Shown here in pieces: positions 8,879 through 18,785 of a stretch of DNA of 24,496 bases. This stretch comes from a virus (taxonomy: Duplodnaviria > Caudoviricetes), in the IMG/VR virus record IMGVR_UViG_3300047505_000001, positions 1-24,496 of that record; one strand, 5' to 3'. A program made the translations under genes and the position numbers. The notes beneath the pieces were generated by a model. It saw only the letters and a program-made list of their open reading frames with translations. It was not told where the DNA came from and made no database searches. The stretch's first letter is position 1. Each line of letters opens with the position of its first letter.

Positions 8879-9715
8879 TTATCTAAATCCTATAAAAGGT
8901 ATAGTTGCAATATTAGTATATGCTGAGAAAGAAGCTGAAGTTATTGTTGCCGGAAATGAAGTAAATGAACCTAGTGCTCTAGCGGTTACTGGTCTAGAAT
9001 GTAAAGTACCATTAAATGAACCATAATAACTTAAAGTATTAACACTAGAGGGTGATATTAAAGCAGGTGAACCCACAGCACCTGTTCTTAAAATTGCAGT
9101 ATAATATATTGCACTTGATGGTGATGATGGTACACTATAACTTAAACCTGTTATTGTTTTTCTACCAGTAGTTGTTAATGAGACTTCTCCAAATGTTGTT
9201 AAAAGAGTACTAGGATAATGACGACCATTTGCGTCTAAACTAATAGAATATAAAGCAATAGAGGCTGTTGCTCCAGTTGTGAGTGTACTACAATACAATG
9301 CAACTTCATTTATAGTTTCACCTTGAACTAAGTTTATTGTTGAATAGTTTATCTCACCAATAGTTGATAGTGCAAAAGTTGCTGTTGTTGATGAGAGTGA
9401 GATTGTATTAAGTTTATACCAAGGAAGTGTATCATAATCGGCAGGTACTCTAATAGAGTTAAACATTGTAGCACTTGATGTACCCCCACCACTTGCATTT
9501 GAACCAGTAGCACCAGTTATCCCAGAAGTTCCTGAAGTTCCGTTAATACCTGAAGTTCCACTCGTTCCACTTGACCCAGCACCACCAGAAGTTCCACTCG
9601 TTCCATTTGAACCAGTAGCACCTCCACTAACACCTGTTAAGTATTGCCCATTCCCATAATATACAGAAGCACTCATACTCCCTATACCACTAAAATTATT
9701 ATTATTGTTTATCAT
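8879..9715 (-). CDS. Short fibre/spike protein with a G-T-S collagen-like tract
   Basis: 278 aa; YYGNGQYLTGV fibre motif, GTSG repeats and a C-terminal beta-rich domain. Confidence 0.7.
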   Translation of the reverse strand: MINNNNNFSGIGSMSASVYYGNGQYLTGVSGGATGSNGTSGTSGGAGSSGTSGTSGINGTSGTSGITGATGSNASGGGTSSATMFNSIRVPADYDTLPWYKLNTISLSSTTATFALSTIGEINYSTINLVQGETINEVALYCSTLTTGATASIALYSISLDANGRHYPSTLLTTFGEVSLTTTGRKTITGLSYSVPSSPSSAIYYTAILRTGAVGSPALISPSSVNTLSYYGSFNGTLHSRPVTARALGSFTSFPATITSASFSAYTNIATIPFIGFR

Positions 9716-9730
9716 ATTTACTATTTATTT

Positions 9731-12442
9731 TTAGAATGTATTTTTATCATATAGTAATTCAACATTACAAGTCCAATCAATTGTTTTACCAGTCTCACCA
9801 GTAACATCAATATACATATTAGGTCCAGATATAACAAAACTTGAAGATGCTGTAGCAAATTCACTCTTAATGATATAATCAACAACTCCAATTTGTGTTA
9901 CTGGGTATAATGCAGCAGGATTAACTCTTACCCATGATGTTATTTCAGCAGCATAACCCAACATTTTATCACTTGATATTCCTCTAACGTGAGCCTTAAT
10001 TTGAACTATACTTGTATCAGTTATAGCTGGGTCCATATCACAATATATTATTAAAGTCGTTGTATTATCAGTAGTTTGCATACAACCACCTCTTTTATCA
10101 TCTGTAACTGTAATTTGTGGATATCCAGATGGTGAAAATTGATTTTGTTGTTTATCAGTTGTAATATTAGTTGAACTCCATTTTTGGTAACCATTATCCG
10201 TTACCGTTGATAATATATTAGTTGGTGTTTGTGTTATATCTGCACTGAGTGTATCAATCAAATCAATGCTTTGAATACCAATAGAACCAACTGATGTTAA
10301 TATTCTATTCACTTTATTTACAATACCATCATTTTTAGTAACATCAAGTTTGATACCATCTACATCATTAGTCATTTTAATATAACTATTAACTCCTTCA
10401 AATGTTGACCATAATCCAGGGTCAACACCTTGAGTTAAACCAATCGCATTTACAATAAAAGTATGTGTTCCAAGACCATCTTCTTGTGCGTACAAGTTTG
10501 TCTCACCACCAAAGTTGATACTTTGAGTTCCAATATAGTTTCCTAATGCCAATGTCTGTTCTAATGTAGAAGATGCACCAACCGCAATATCAACATATTC
10601 TTTATCAACTAAACTTCTATTTGTATAATTTGAAGAATAATCTGTATCATATGTTATACCAACAAAACTTGTAGTTCCACTAACAATAATGTCTGTATAG
10701 TTTTGTTCTATATTTGTGAATGGTCCTATACCTGTTCCAACATTAGCATCAACTCTATTCGTTATATAATCATGTGCAACTATTAACTTACTCGCAGAAG
10801 CACCACCATTATGATATGCCTGTAATGTAACAGCAGTATATGTTCCAGTTCCATCTGTTGAAGCAACGATTTGTGCCGTACAATCATTCAAAACGTCGTG
10901 TGTCTCGTGATTAAAGGCATCTGCACTTATTGTAGTTTCACTCCCAAGATTAAAAGTATTTGTATCAAAATCTTGATTATCAGCATTAAATCTTATTACC
11001 TGTGGTCTAAGCCAAAGTCTTGTTTTTTTAGCGTCTTGATTAGCCGGTGAGTTTATAGTGTCATAAAGTTGGTTATTTTCTAACATTATATCACCTTTAT
11101 CATAAAATCTCATATATGATTGTGTTAGACCAGCAAGGTTTTCTATCTGATAATAATCTCCAAGACCAACAAAAGGAGCACCAGCATCATACCAATGTTG
11201 TGATATACCATTATATCCTTTTATCTGTGAAGCAGATGAACTAATAAATATTGATTGAGTTCCTGTTGTATTTCCTAATATCAATGTCTGTTCTAATGTT
11301 TGATAAGAGGCAGTTCCAGTAGCACCAGCAGGTCCAGTAGCACCAGCAGGTCCAGTAGCACCAGCAGGTCCAGTAGCACCAGCAGGTCCAGTAGCACCAG
11401 CAGGTCCAGTAGCACCAGCAGGTCCAGATGAACCAGTTGCTCCACCACCACCACTTAAAGACGAAAGGTCTAATGAGTAAGTAACACCATCTGTTCTATC
11501 AAATATAGCAGTAGTTCCAGCTAAAGTAGCTGAAGTTGTATAAATATCATTTGAATATGTTCCAACAAATTCACCATAGAAAACTCCGCCATAAAATTCA
11601 GGTGATGTAATTGGTCCTGTTGAACTAACTTGTGAGAAGTTATTAATTGTTAATCCAATAGTAGAAGCGTCGTTAAAAGTTATAAGAAGCTCATCTATTG
11701 TATCATCCCACGTTATTGTCGCAATTGATTGTTGGTCTAATATAGGACTTAAATCTATATTGTAATCACCACCATCATTTCTTGAAAATATGATTGTGTT
11801 AGAACTTAAAGTTGCTCCAATTGTAAATGTGTCACTATAAGTACCAGTTGGCAAGTTTGTTAAACCAGAACCATCACCATAAAATATAGATGCTGATGCA
11901 TAACCATTAACATTTATATTATTATCAAATGAAAACTCTATGTTATTTGTTTGAATTAATCCATCAAATGAAACAGTATTACTAAAATCAACAGTATTGG
12001 TAAAATATGATGGATTAGAAATCGTACCACCTAACCAATCAGAAACAATTCCTGTAAGAAGTGAACCATCTCCACTATAAGTACCACCAATAAAATAATC
12101 AGCTGTAATTGTTGTACCATTTATTGTTGTACCAACTAAATAATTTGCTGAAAATGTTGGAGCATAAACTACTCCTGAAAAGGTTCCTCCCGAGATATGA
12201 ACAAAATCACCAATAAAAGAAGCAGAACCACCAGTTCCTCCAAATAATTGTGATATACCATTATCGGTTCTAATCCAAAAAGTATCATCAGCAGCATTAG
12301 TGAAAAACTCACCTATATAAAGGTCTGTTGGTAACCATGTACCATCTTCGTGATTATCTGAAAGGGGAATTGATGGGGTTGCACCAGATATGGTACTATA
12401 TTTCATTATTATTCTAACGTCATCTGTTGTGTTGCAACTCAT
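9731..12442 (-). CDS. Long tail fibre protein with collagen repeat
   Basis: 903 aa; N-terminal K-x-S...P...L-x-x-GE-x-x-x-N-x-x-D adaptor-like motif, two GDGS-x-LT motifs, (GPAGAT)6 and a duplicated TLEQTL-x-LGN-x-x-GTQSI. Confidence 0.8.
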   Translation of the reverse strand: MSCNTTDDVRIIMKYSTISGATPSIPLSDNHEDGTWLPTDLYIGEFFTNAADDTFWIRTDNGISQLFGGTGGSASFIGDFVHISGGTFSGVVYAPTFSANYLVGTTINGTTITADYFIGGTYSGDGSLLTGIVSDWLGGTISNPSYFTNTVDFSNTVSFDGLIQTNNIEFSFDNNINVNGYASASIFYGDGSGLTNLPTGTYSDTFTIGATLSSNTIIFSRNDGGDYNIDLSPILDQQSIATITWDDTIDELLITFNDASTIGLTINNFSQVSSTGPITSPEFYGGVFYGEFVGTYSNDIYTTSATLAGTTAIFDRTDGVTYSLDLSSLSGGGGATGSSGPAGATGPAGATGPAGATGPAGATGPAGATGPAGATGTASYQTLEQTLILGNTTGTQSIFISSSASQIKGYNGISQHWYDAGAPFVGLGDYYQIENLAGLTQSYMRFYDKGDIMLENNQLYDTINSPANQDAKKTRLWLRPQVIRFNADNQDFDTNTFNLGSETTISADAFNHETHDVLNDCTAQIVASTDGTGTYTAVTLQAYHNGGASASKLIVAHDYITNRVDANVGTGIGPFTNIEQNYTDIIVSGTTSFVGITYDTDYSSNYTNRSLVDKEYVDIAVGASSTLEQTLALGNYIGTQSINFGGETNLYAQEDGLGTHTFIVNAIGLTQGVDPGLWSTFEGVNSYIKMTNDVDGIKLDVTKNDGIVNKVNRILTSVGSIGIQSIDLIDTLSADITQTPTNILSTVTDNGYQKWSSTNITTDKQQNQFSPSGYPQITVTDDKRGGCMQTTDNTTTLIIYCDMDPAITDTSIVQIKAHVRGISSDKMLGYAAEITSWVRVNPAALYPVTQIGVVDYIIKSEFATASSSFVISGPNMYIDVTGETGKTIDWTCNVELLYDKNTF
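11316..11423. repeat. Perfect 18-nt tandem repeat x6 encoding (GPAGAT)6
   Basis: CCAGTAGCACCAGCAGGT six times with no mismatch. Confidence 0.95.
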
Positions 12443-12464
12443 ATGTTTTCTATTGTATTTTATA

Positions 12465-12489
12465 TAAATATAATTTTAATATATTTTGT
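12465..12489 (-). promoter_or_regulatory. Putative late promoter ACAAA-N12-TATATTTA (fibre cassette)
   Basis: Motif copy ending 22 nt before the ATG. Confidence 0.65.
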
Positions 12490-12542
12490 TTAATTAATGA
12501 TATCTCAAAACATGTAACATCATGATATACTATATATAATAA

Positions 12543-15479
12543 TTAACTTCTATCCTGACCACCATTAATAATTCTAGCAGCACTTACTGAGTTTTTCCCA
12601 CCACATATAACTGAACCATTATTAGTGGATTTTACCATTGATATATTCCTTGTTACACTTTCAATATATGTCGTGTTACTCTCTTTTATTACTTGGTTAC
12701 TACCAACTATAGAAACATTCTTAACACCACCCCAAACCTCATTATTATTACCCGTAATAGTGATATTCTCACATCCTGCACCTATATTATTTCTATCACC
12801 ATTAACTTTAATTTTAGTTGATGTTGGGTCAATAAAGTTTCCATCACCAATAGCCGAGTGTTGTGCTTGTAAGGATATAAAATTATTACCAGGTAAATTA
12901 TTTTTAGTTGGATAATAATCTTTAATTGGTACAAAATCACCAAAGATATCTGACCTGAATAAACTAACTCTATCTTCTAATAAAGTAAAAGGGGTTCTAA
13001 CATCTATAGTTGGTGAGTTTCTATTAAAAATATAAGGAACATCCCACTTACTTGGAAATTCACCATTAGTAGTAGCCAACCTTTCTTTAAAGATTTGTAT
13101 AAAATCTCCACCAAATTTATTCGGTTTAACCCATTTATCATCAATTATATCAACCGAATATGATGATGGTGTAAAAGATGTATAATCCTTTGCCTTTATT
13201 AACTCAACCTCAGCCTTATTATTTAGTGGGTTATGTGTTATCTTATTTATTCTATAATAAACATTATCAACCTGTATAGTATCTCTTAAATCTAAATTAA
13301 TCATATCAATTTCACTCAATATAATTTGTGCTGTTAGTAGATGTGAGTTCTTATCAGTTATTTCTTCAATCTGTGCTCTCCAATACTTATTAAATAGATT
13401 ATTATTAGTTACATTTTTCCACGGAAAATAAAGTTTTCTAGGTGTACCCCAACTTAAATCATTAGTAGGATTTTTCCAATCATCTAAATGACCTGAATAT
13501 GGATAACTTGAGTAATTATCATCTTGACCACTATCATATTTATTATAAATAACAAAAGTTTCATCTGGTGTAAAAATCCATCCACCATAAAATAAAATTC
13601 TCCACTTACATTTAGTAGCAGATTTAACTCCATTATCATCTTTAACATAAGCAGGTAACATTCTCTTACTAGAAAGATGTTGAACTGTTGGTGTAGCCGC
13701 GAATGATGATTTAATCTCCATTGTTTCAACAACAAAATCATTATTAACCTCTAAATTCTTTGTACCATAAACTTCATTATAGGATGAGAAATAATCAGTA
13801 TTGTAATAATCACTATCCTCAGCATATGTTAAAGTATATTTCTTATCTTGTAAATCATATAGTGGTTCAATCTTAATCTCTTCTGCATTATCAACCTGAT
13901 AGGTCCAATCATGTATAGTACCATCTTTATAGAAGTCATTCCTTGGTTCAATCTTAAAAGATTTATCACCTGTTTGTATCCAATATAGATTAAATAACTT
14001 ATTTATTTCTTTAATAAATTCGACTGCCTTAACATCAGGTAAAAAAGAGTTCATCTCTATAGTATCACCTAGTGCTAATTTCTCATCAACTAAAGCCATT
14101 GTTAATTGACCCGTTGAATATGGGTCATAAACTGAACCTGATGGTGTAAATGTTTTATTATCAACACACAAGTGAGTTTTTAAATTAACTTGTTGTACGG
14201 CAATTCCATATATATTGGCCTGTCTAAACTTATAGGTAAAATTACTTCCAGTAGCCCACCAATCTATTAATATAGCAACTTGTTCACCTGCATTTAGAAA
14301 TCCAGTCCAAGATGTTTCATATACAACCTCCTCAGTAAAAGTACCTCCTGGTAAATTATGTGGACTTCCATCATTAAATCTACTATCAACTAAAGTCTCA
14401 GCAACAGATGCTAATGTTACACCTGTTGATAAATTAACTATTCTTAATCTAGCCTCAAATGGACCACCAACAAAATAACAATAATTATATGTATTACCAT
14501 CCATAGCTAAATCTTCAATAAAAACTCTCATCGGAACTCTTGCTGATATAACATATTTTCCATTCTTTGGAATTGTAAGACTTCTATTGACTACTGAATA
14601 ATTATTATTTATATCATTAGCTGGTAGATTAACCGTATCATTAAAAGGAACTCTTACTTGTGGATAAAATTTATTAGTCTTACTATCACCATTAATAAGA
14701 TAAAAATAACCAGGTCCATTCTCTGGTGTCTTAACCCAAGTTTGAGACTTCTTTATTTGGTCACCAGTAAGAGTAATCTCACTCTCACCAACATAAGGCA
14801 ATATAAGTTTTCTAAAAATTTCACTGTTAAGAAAGTTACTATTATATGTTATACCTTGACTTTTAAGAATTCTATCAAATATAGTTTTAGTATATATCGC
14901 TGGTTTAAAATCTTCAGCATCAAATCTATTATCGGCCTGACCTCTATATTCAAGTGGATAAACATAACCATTACCTAAATTAAAAGGTACTTTAATTCCA
15001 TTCTGGTATATGTACCATTTCCAACTATCAATCATATTATAGATAGTCCAAGCATGATTAAAATCACTTAAATTAACTATATCGGTTAGTTTAGAGTTGG
15101 CTATATCATTAAAGAATGAACCAAATAGACCATAAATTGTTATATCATATCCAACTATTTTATTATCAACTTTAATAATATCATTTAATTGTAAGTTACC
15201 ATTAAAATATTGGTTACCATTAACTAAAACTTGTGCGTTTAGTTTAAGATTTGGATTATATGAAAATGAGCTAAATCCACCCTCATATATATGTTGAAAG
15301 ATTTGATTATTAATCTTTGTACCTGGTATAGTAAAGGTCTTTGTATGATTACTCGTTTTAGTCGTAGGTTCAATTATATCACTTAATTGATATACTGTGT
15401 TGATTTCAGCATCTCCAATATCTAACTTACCGATTATATTTCCCGCTACATTTGATACGTTTATCTCAATTCTATTCAT
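12543..15479 (-). CDS. Large tail tip/hub structural protein
   Basis: 978 aa; N-terminal SDI...TKTFTIPGTKINNQIF, FIKEINKLFNL, IEPRNDFY and YYRINKI motifs of Bacteroidota phage tail proteins; C-terminal I/V-x-G-x-x-N beta-roll-like repeats. Confidence 0.7.
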   Translation of the reverse strand: MNRIEINVSNVAGNIIGKLDIGDAEINTVYQLSDIIEPTTKTSNHTKTFTIPGTKINNQIFQHIYEGGFSSFSYNPNLKLNAQVLVNGNQYFNGNLQLNDIIKVDNKIVGYDITIYGLFGSFFNDIANSKLTDIVNLSDFNHAWTIYNMIDSWKWYIYQNGIKVPFNLGNGYVYPLEYRGQADNRFDAEDFKPAIYTKTIFDRILKSQGITYNSNFLNSEIFRKLILPYVGESEITLTGDQIKKSQTWVKTPENGPGYFYLINGDSKTNKFYPQVRVPFNDTVNLPANDINNNYSVVNRSLTIPKNGKYVISARVPMRVFIEDLAMDGNTYNYCYFVGGPFEARLRIVNLSTGVTLASVAETLVDSRFNDGSPHNLPGGTFTEEVVYETSWTGFLNAGEQVAILIDWWATGSNFTYKFRQANIYGIAVQQVNLKTHLCVDNKTFTPSGSVYDPYSTGQLTMALVDEKLALGDTIEMNSFLPDVKAVEFIKEINKLFNLYWIQTGDKSFKIEPRNDFYKDGTIHDWTYQVDNAEEIKIEPLYDLQDKKYTLTYAEDSDYYNTDYFSSYNEVYGTKNLEVNNDFVVETMEIKSSFAATPTVQHLSSKRMLPAYVKDDNGVKSATKCKWRILFYGGWIFTPDETFVIYNKYDSGQDDNYSSYPYSGHLDDWKNPTNDLSWGTPRKLYFPWKNVTNNNLFNKYWRAQIEEITDKNSHLLTAQIILSEIDMINLDLRDTIQVDNVYYRINKITHNPLNNKAEVELIKAKDYTSFTPSSYSVDIIDDKWVKPNKFGGDFIQIFKERLATTNGEFPSKWDVPYIFNRNSPTIDVRTPFTLLEDRVSLFRSDIFGDFVPIKDYYPTKNNLPGNNFISLQAQHSAIGDGNFIDPTSTKIKVNGDRNNIGAGCENITITGNNNEVWGGVKNVSIVGSNQVIKESNTTYIESVTRNISMVKSTNNGSVICGGKNSVSAARIINGGQDRS

Positions 15480-15488
15480 AGTTTTTTA

Positions 15489-17552
15489 TTATTTTTTACT
15501 TGAGTATATACCTGAATATGTTTTTGGTCCACTATTAAAATCACCACCTCGTTGAATAACTCTACTATTAGATAACATAAAGTTAACCTCATATTTATAT
15601 AAAGTACCTGTGTCACCTCTATTTATTTTATTAAACAATTCAATCTCTGTATTTGTTATATCAATTGGATATATTTTCGATGTACTTTCATCAATCCAAT
15701 ATACTTCTGGACTTTCATATAAATAAGCCAACCAATCTAAATATGGTTGATTAATCCAATCCGTTCTAACAATATAGTTATCATTTGAAACTACATTATA
15801 GGTTGTACTTCCTCTTTCACCTAATTTATATTTATATCCAGCAGTTCCTTGATATGATTTAAGATGTCTTGAAAACTTTTGTTTCTCAATCTTTCTTCCT
15901 TTATCACTTCTCATTGTAAAGTTGTAATAATCAAATCCACCCAACTCATTTAACCACATCAAAGTAAATTTCTTATTTTTAGAACAATCACACTCTATAT
16001 TAAAAGTCCATGTCTCACTATATCTTTGAAATGACCACCAATAAAAATTTATTAGTGCTGTTTGATTAATTTGATAAATATAATACTTAAAACAAGTTCC
16101 ATTAGTTATTTCTCCATAGTTAAGGTTCTTTGGTCCAGCTGGCACATCACATCTAGTAAGTGGTGTTGTAATTTGTCTAAATCTAACCACTTCAGTTTGA
16201 ACTATTGTACAGTTCGGAACTGAACCACCTAAATAAAATATATCTGTTTTAATTACTGTTGATGTTAAACTTAAAACTCTACCAGTATATGGTGGATTTA
16301 TTCCATTAACAACTGTTATATAATCACCAGCATTATATCCTGTAGTGGATGCAACTGTTATCGTTAAGACTTGACCATATGGTGGTGGTCCAGCAATATT
16401 ATTTATAGTACCAATCTTAGCAGCAAGTATTGGTGTTGAATGAGTTTCACATATAGTTTTCAATGTTGGTGCTGTTGGATAAAATGGGCTCCAATTGCTC
16501 TTACCAAACATACTCAAAGTCATATAGTCATCAGTACAAACATTTAATTCATTATCAGGTCTCCCTGTTAAATATTGACCAGGTGATGCCGTACCAATCA
16601 TTAAATATGGTGTTGGGCTCCATGTTAAAAAGTCCTCATACTGAACAACACCATTAAATGTTTTGGCACTATCATTTTTAGTTGAAAACTTATTTAGAAG
16701 AACAAAGTTATTTCTTGATATAATTGAACCAGTTACGATTGATGATATAGCAGATGTATAAGGTATATTTGTTTTTAATTGAGCATAAGACGTACCTTGT
16801 ACTATACCAAGTATAGTCCATTCTATATTTAAGTATTGTGTTAAAGTCGATGGACTATCATAAGCGATTGTAAAACTATCACCAATTGAAAAAGTAGTTA
16901 TATGTGGTGTCGTCAATTGTTTAACTCTTAAAAGAACATATGTTACTCCATCAGCACCAACATAAGATGAAAATAGATTAATCTTTTCACCTTGAACGAA
17001 GTACATAGTCGATATATTTGTTGAACCAGTAAAAGTAGTATCTGTTAGAGTGAAGGATGTAGGTGAGTTTACATATACTCTTTTATATCCATTATAAGAA
17101 GCATTGGTCGAACCCTCAATAAGAACTCTATCACCAGTTAATAAGTTATGTGGTTTAGAACAACCAATTCTAACGTTACCAGTATATGGATATCCACTAG
17201 AAATCCAAGAAGTTATTGTACCAATACGAGAGAACTCTTCACCGAAATTAATATAATAATCGATTAAGGCTTTCGGTGCCGCAGTGCTTGTTGTAACACT
17301 CCAGTTAAGATTGTAAGATAAATAACTTTCTAGTATTCTACCAACATCAAACATACCATAGTTGTTATTTGATATATCAGGATTGTGTCTTAACTCACCA
17401 ATTTTTACATTATTGGCATAAATTTCGGATATATATCTAAAATTATTAACCTGTTTCTTATCACTATTAACAACAAATCCAAGTCCATTATATACTGGGT
17501 TTATTTTAGCAACTAAACCGTCATAAGGTCTATTTAAAACTGTTATACTCAT
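15489..17552 (-). CDS. Tail structural protein (distal-tail-like) with inserted beta modules
   Basis: 687 aa; C-terminal WLNELGGFDYYNF and LYESPEVY motifs; three internal GD-x-hydrophobic-x-I/V modules. Confidence 0.6.
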   Translation of the reverse strand: MSITVLNRPYDGLVAKINPVYNGLGFVVNSDKKQVNNFRYISEIYANNVKIGELRHNPDISNNNYGMFDVGRILESYLSYNLNWSVTTSTAAPKALIDYYINFGEEFSRIGTITSWISSGYPYTGNVRIGCSKPHNLLTGDRVLIEGSTNASYNGYKRVYVNSPTSFTLTDTTFTGSTNISTMYFVQGEKINLFSSYVGADGVTYVLLRVKQLTTPHITTFSIGDSFTIAYDSPSTLTQYLNIEWTILGIVQGTSYAQLKTNIPYTSAISSIVTGSIISRNNFVLLNKFSTKNDSAKTFNGVVQYEDFLTWSPTPYLMIGTASPGQYLTGRPDNELNVCTDDYMTLSMFGKSNWSPFYPTAPTLKTICETHSTPILAAKIGTINNIAGPPPYGQVLTITVASTTGYNAGDYITVVNGINPPYTGRVLSLTSTVIKTDIFYLGGSVPNCTIVQTEVVRFRQITTPLTRCDVPAGPKNLNYGEITNGTCFKYYIYQINQTALINFYWWSFQRYSETWTFNIECDCSKNKKFTLMWLNELGGFDYYNFTMRSDKGRKIEKQKFSRHLKSYQGTAGYKYKLGERGSTTYNVVSNDNYIVRTDWINQPYLDWLAYLYESPEVYWIDESTSKIYPIDITNTEIELFNKINRGDTGTLYKYEVNFMLSNSRVIQRGGDFNSGPKTYSGIYSSKK

Positions 17553-17561
17553 ATCTTTATT

Positions 17562-18020
17562 TTATTTTATTCTTCCTGGAAAGTATTTAACATCTCTTAG
17601 TATTTTCTCTTCGGCATCATCTGCGAATTGTTTTCCCATCTCTTTTAATATCTTTTGAATGATTGGACTATCTTTCGTCCATGGAGTTGTGAATGGTCTT
17701 GCTTTTGTACCGTGTCTAAATATATTACGAGCTATAAAGAAGGCAGCATCTTGACTTATACCTTTCAATCTACACCAACTTCTTATACTATCAATCTTTG
17801 GCCAATGACCTGGTCTCGTTCCTTTATCTACGAATAAACCATAATAGATATAGTTAATTTCAAGGTGATATACTTCTGCTTTATCTTTAAATACTCTTGC
17901 TTTAACTGAATTGTATAATTCACCTGATGCAAAAGAACCATTCAACTTTATTAAAGCCTTCATTTCCTTCACCATCTGCTGACCTAATCCCAATAAAGTT
18001 TCATCAATCTTATCTGCCAT
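17562..18020 (-). CDS. Tail completion/neck protein (HK97 gp10-like)
   Basis: 152 aa, basic; ASGELYNSV, YYGLFVDKGTRPG and IARNIFRHGTKARPF motifs. Confidence 0.7.
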   Translation of the reverse strand: MADKIDETLLGLGQQMVKEMKALIKLNGSFASGELYNSVKARVFKDKAEVYHLEINYIYYGLFVDKGTRPGHWPKIDSIRSWCRLKGISQDAAFFIARNIFRHGTKARPFTTPWTKDSPIIQKILKEMGKQFADDAEEKILRDVKYFPGRIK

Positions 18021-18027
18021 AATATAT

Positions 18028-18052
18028 TAAATATAAAAATATGATTATTTGT
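18028..18052 (-). promoter_or_regulatory. Putative late promoter ACAAA-N12-TATATTTA
   Basis: Motif copy ending 7 nt before the ATG. Confidence 0.65.
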
Positions 18053-18493
18053 TTAATAGACTGGAACGTTACAAGGATTATTATCTAAATTGGTTATGAT
18101 AGTTATATCACAAAACCATCCAACACAATATTCTGTAAATCTTTCAGTAAATGGAGTACATACATTATCTTGTTCTATATCAACTTCTGTGTTCTCATTA
18201 ACATAAACCTTAACTACATCTATTAAAGTTCTTAAAGTGTCTGATAAGATATCTTGTTGATGACTATCATCTGTATTATCTATATCGAATACTAAAATCC
18301 TAAACATATAGTTTAAAGTATTAATTCCAACAGTGGCATTTTGTGGTACAACCCAACATATCGGAAAGTTTTGACTATTATCAATAATACTATCTATATC
18401 TGATACATCGCCTGAACCAAATCTATTGATAAAAGGATTAGCCATTGCTACCTGTTCTAGGTCTGTAATTATCTGGTTATAACTATAACTCAT
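18053..18493 (-). CDS. Tail terminator-like protein
   Basis: 146 aa, acidic; FP-x-x-WV, ILSDT, PFTERF...VGW; adjacent to the gp10-like gene. Confidence 0.6.
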   Translation of the reverse strand: MSYSYNQIITDLEQVAMANPFINRFGSGDVSDIDSIIDNSQNFPICWVVPQNATVGINTLNYMFRILVFDIDNTDDSHQQDILSDTLRTLIDVVKVYVNENTEVDIEQDNVCTPFTERFTEYCVGWFCDITIITNLDNNPCNVPVY

Positions 18494-18509
18494 ATTTTAT
18501 TTTATTTTT

Positions 18510-18785
18510 TTATATGTTCATTTCTTTTCGGTATGATAACCAAACTAAACATTCTGTAAAGTTTTTATTAACTACTTCTTCTGTTTTACAAATATCACCT
18601 TCTGATAATTGATATATGATTGAAATCCACATCCACTTTCTACTTCGTTCTTCTTGTTGTTCAGCTTGTTTATCTTCAAAACTTAATCTTCGTTCATTAG
18701 GTCTGTCATCTCCTGCCTCAATGTCTTCACTCTCTCCACCGAACAACCCTCCAAATCTTTCATATAAATCGCGGCGGTAGTCCAA
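18510..18785 (-). CDS. C-terminal extension of the tail assembly chaperone (gpT-like), reached by -1 frameshift
   Basis: Begins at a TTG inside a T9 run, in the -1 frame relative to the upstream ORF; KWMWISIIYQL...ECLVWLSY. Confidence 0.8.
   Translation of the reverse strand: MDYRRDLYERFGGLFGGESEDIEAGDDRPNERRLSFEDKQAEQQEERSRKWMWISIIYQLSEGDICKTEEVVNKNFTECLVWLSYRKEMNI

Noticed and set aside
7650-11423. Tandem repeats as a CRISPR array or DGR template/variable repeats
   Set aside because: There are no unique spacers, units are multiples of 3 within coding frames, there is no adenine-specific mismatch pattern, and no cas or RT gene is present.
8346-13741. Alternative-frame minus ORFs 8346-8534 and 13484-13741
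   Set aside because: Both are nested out of frame in longer genes; the first is a by-product of the 9-nt repeat.
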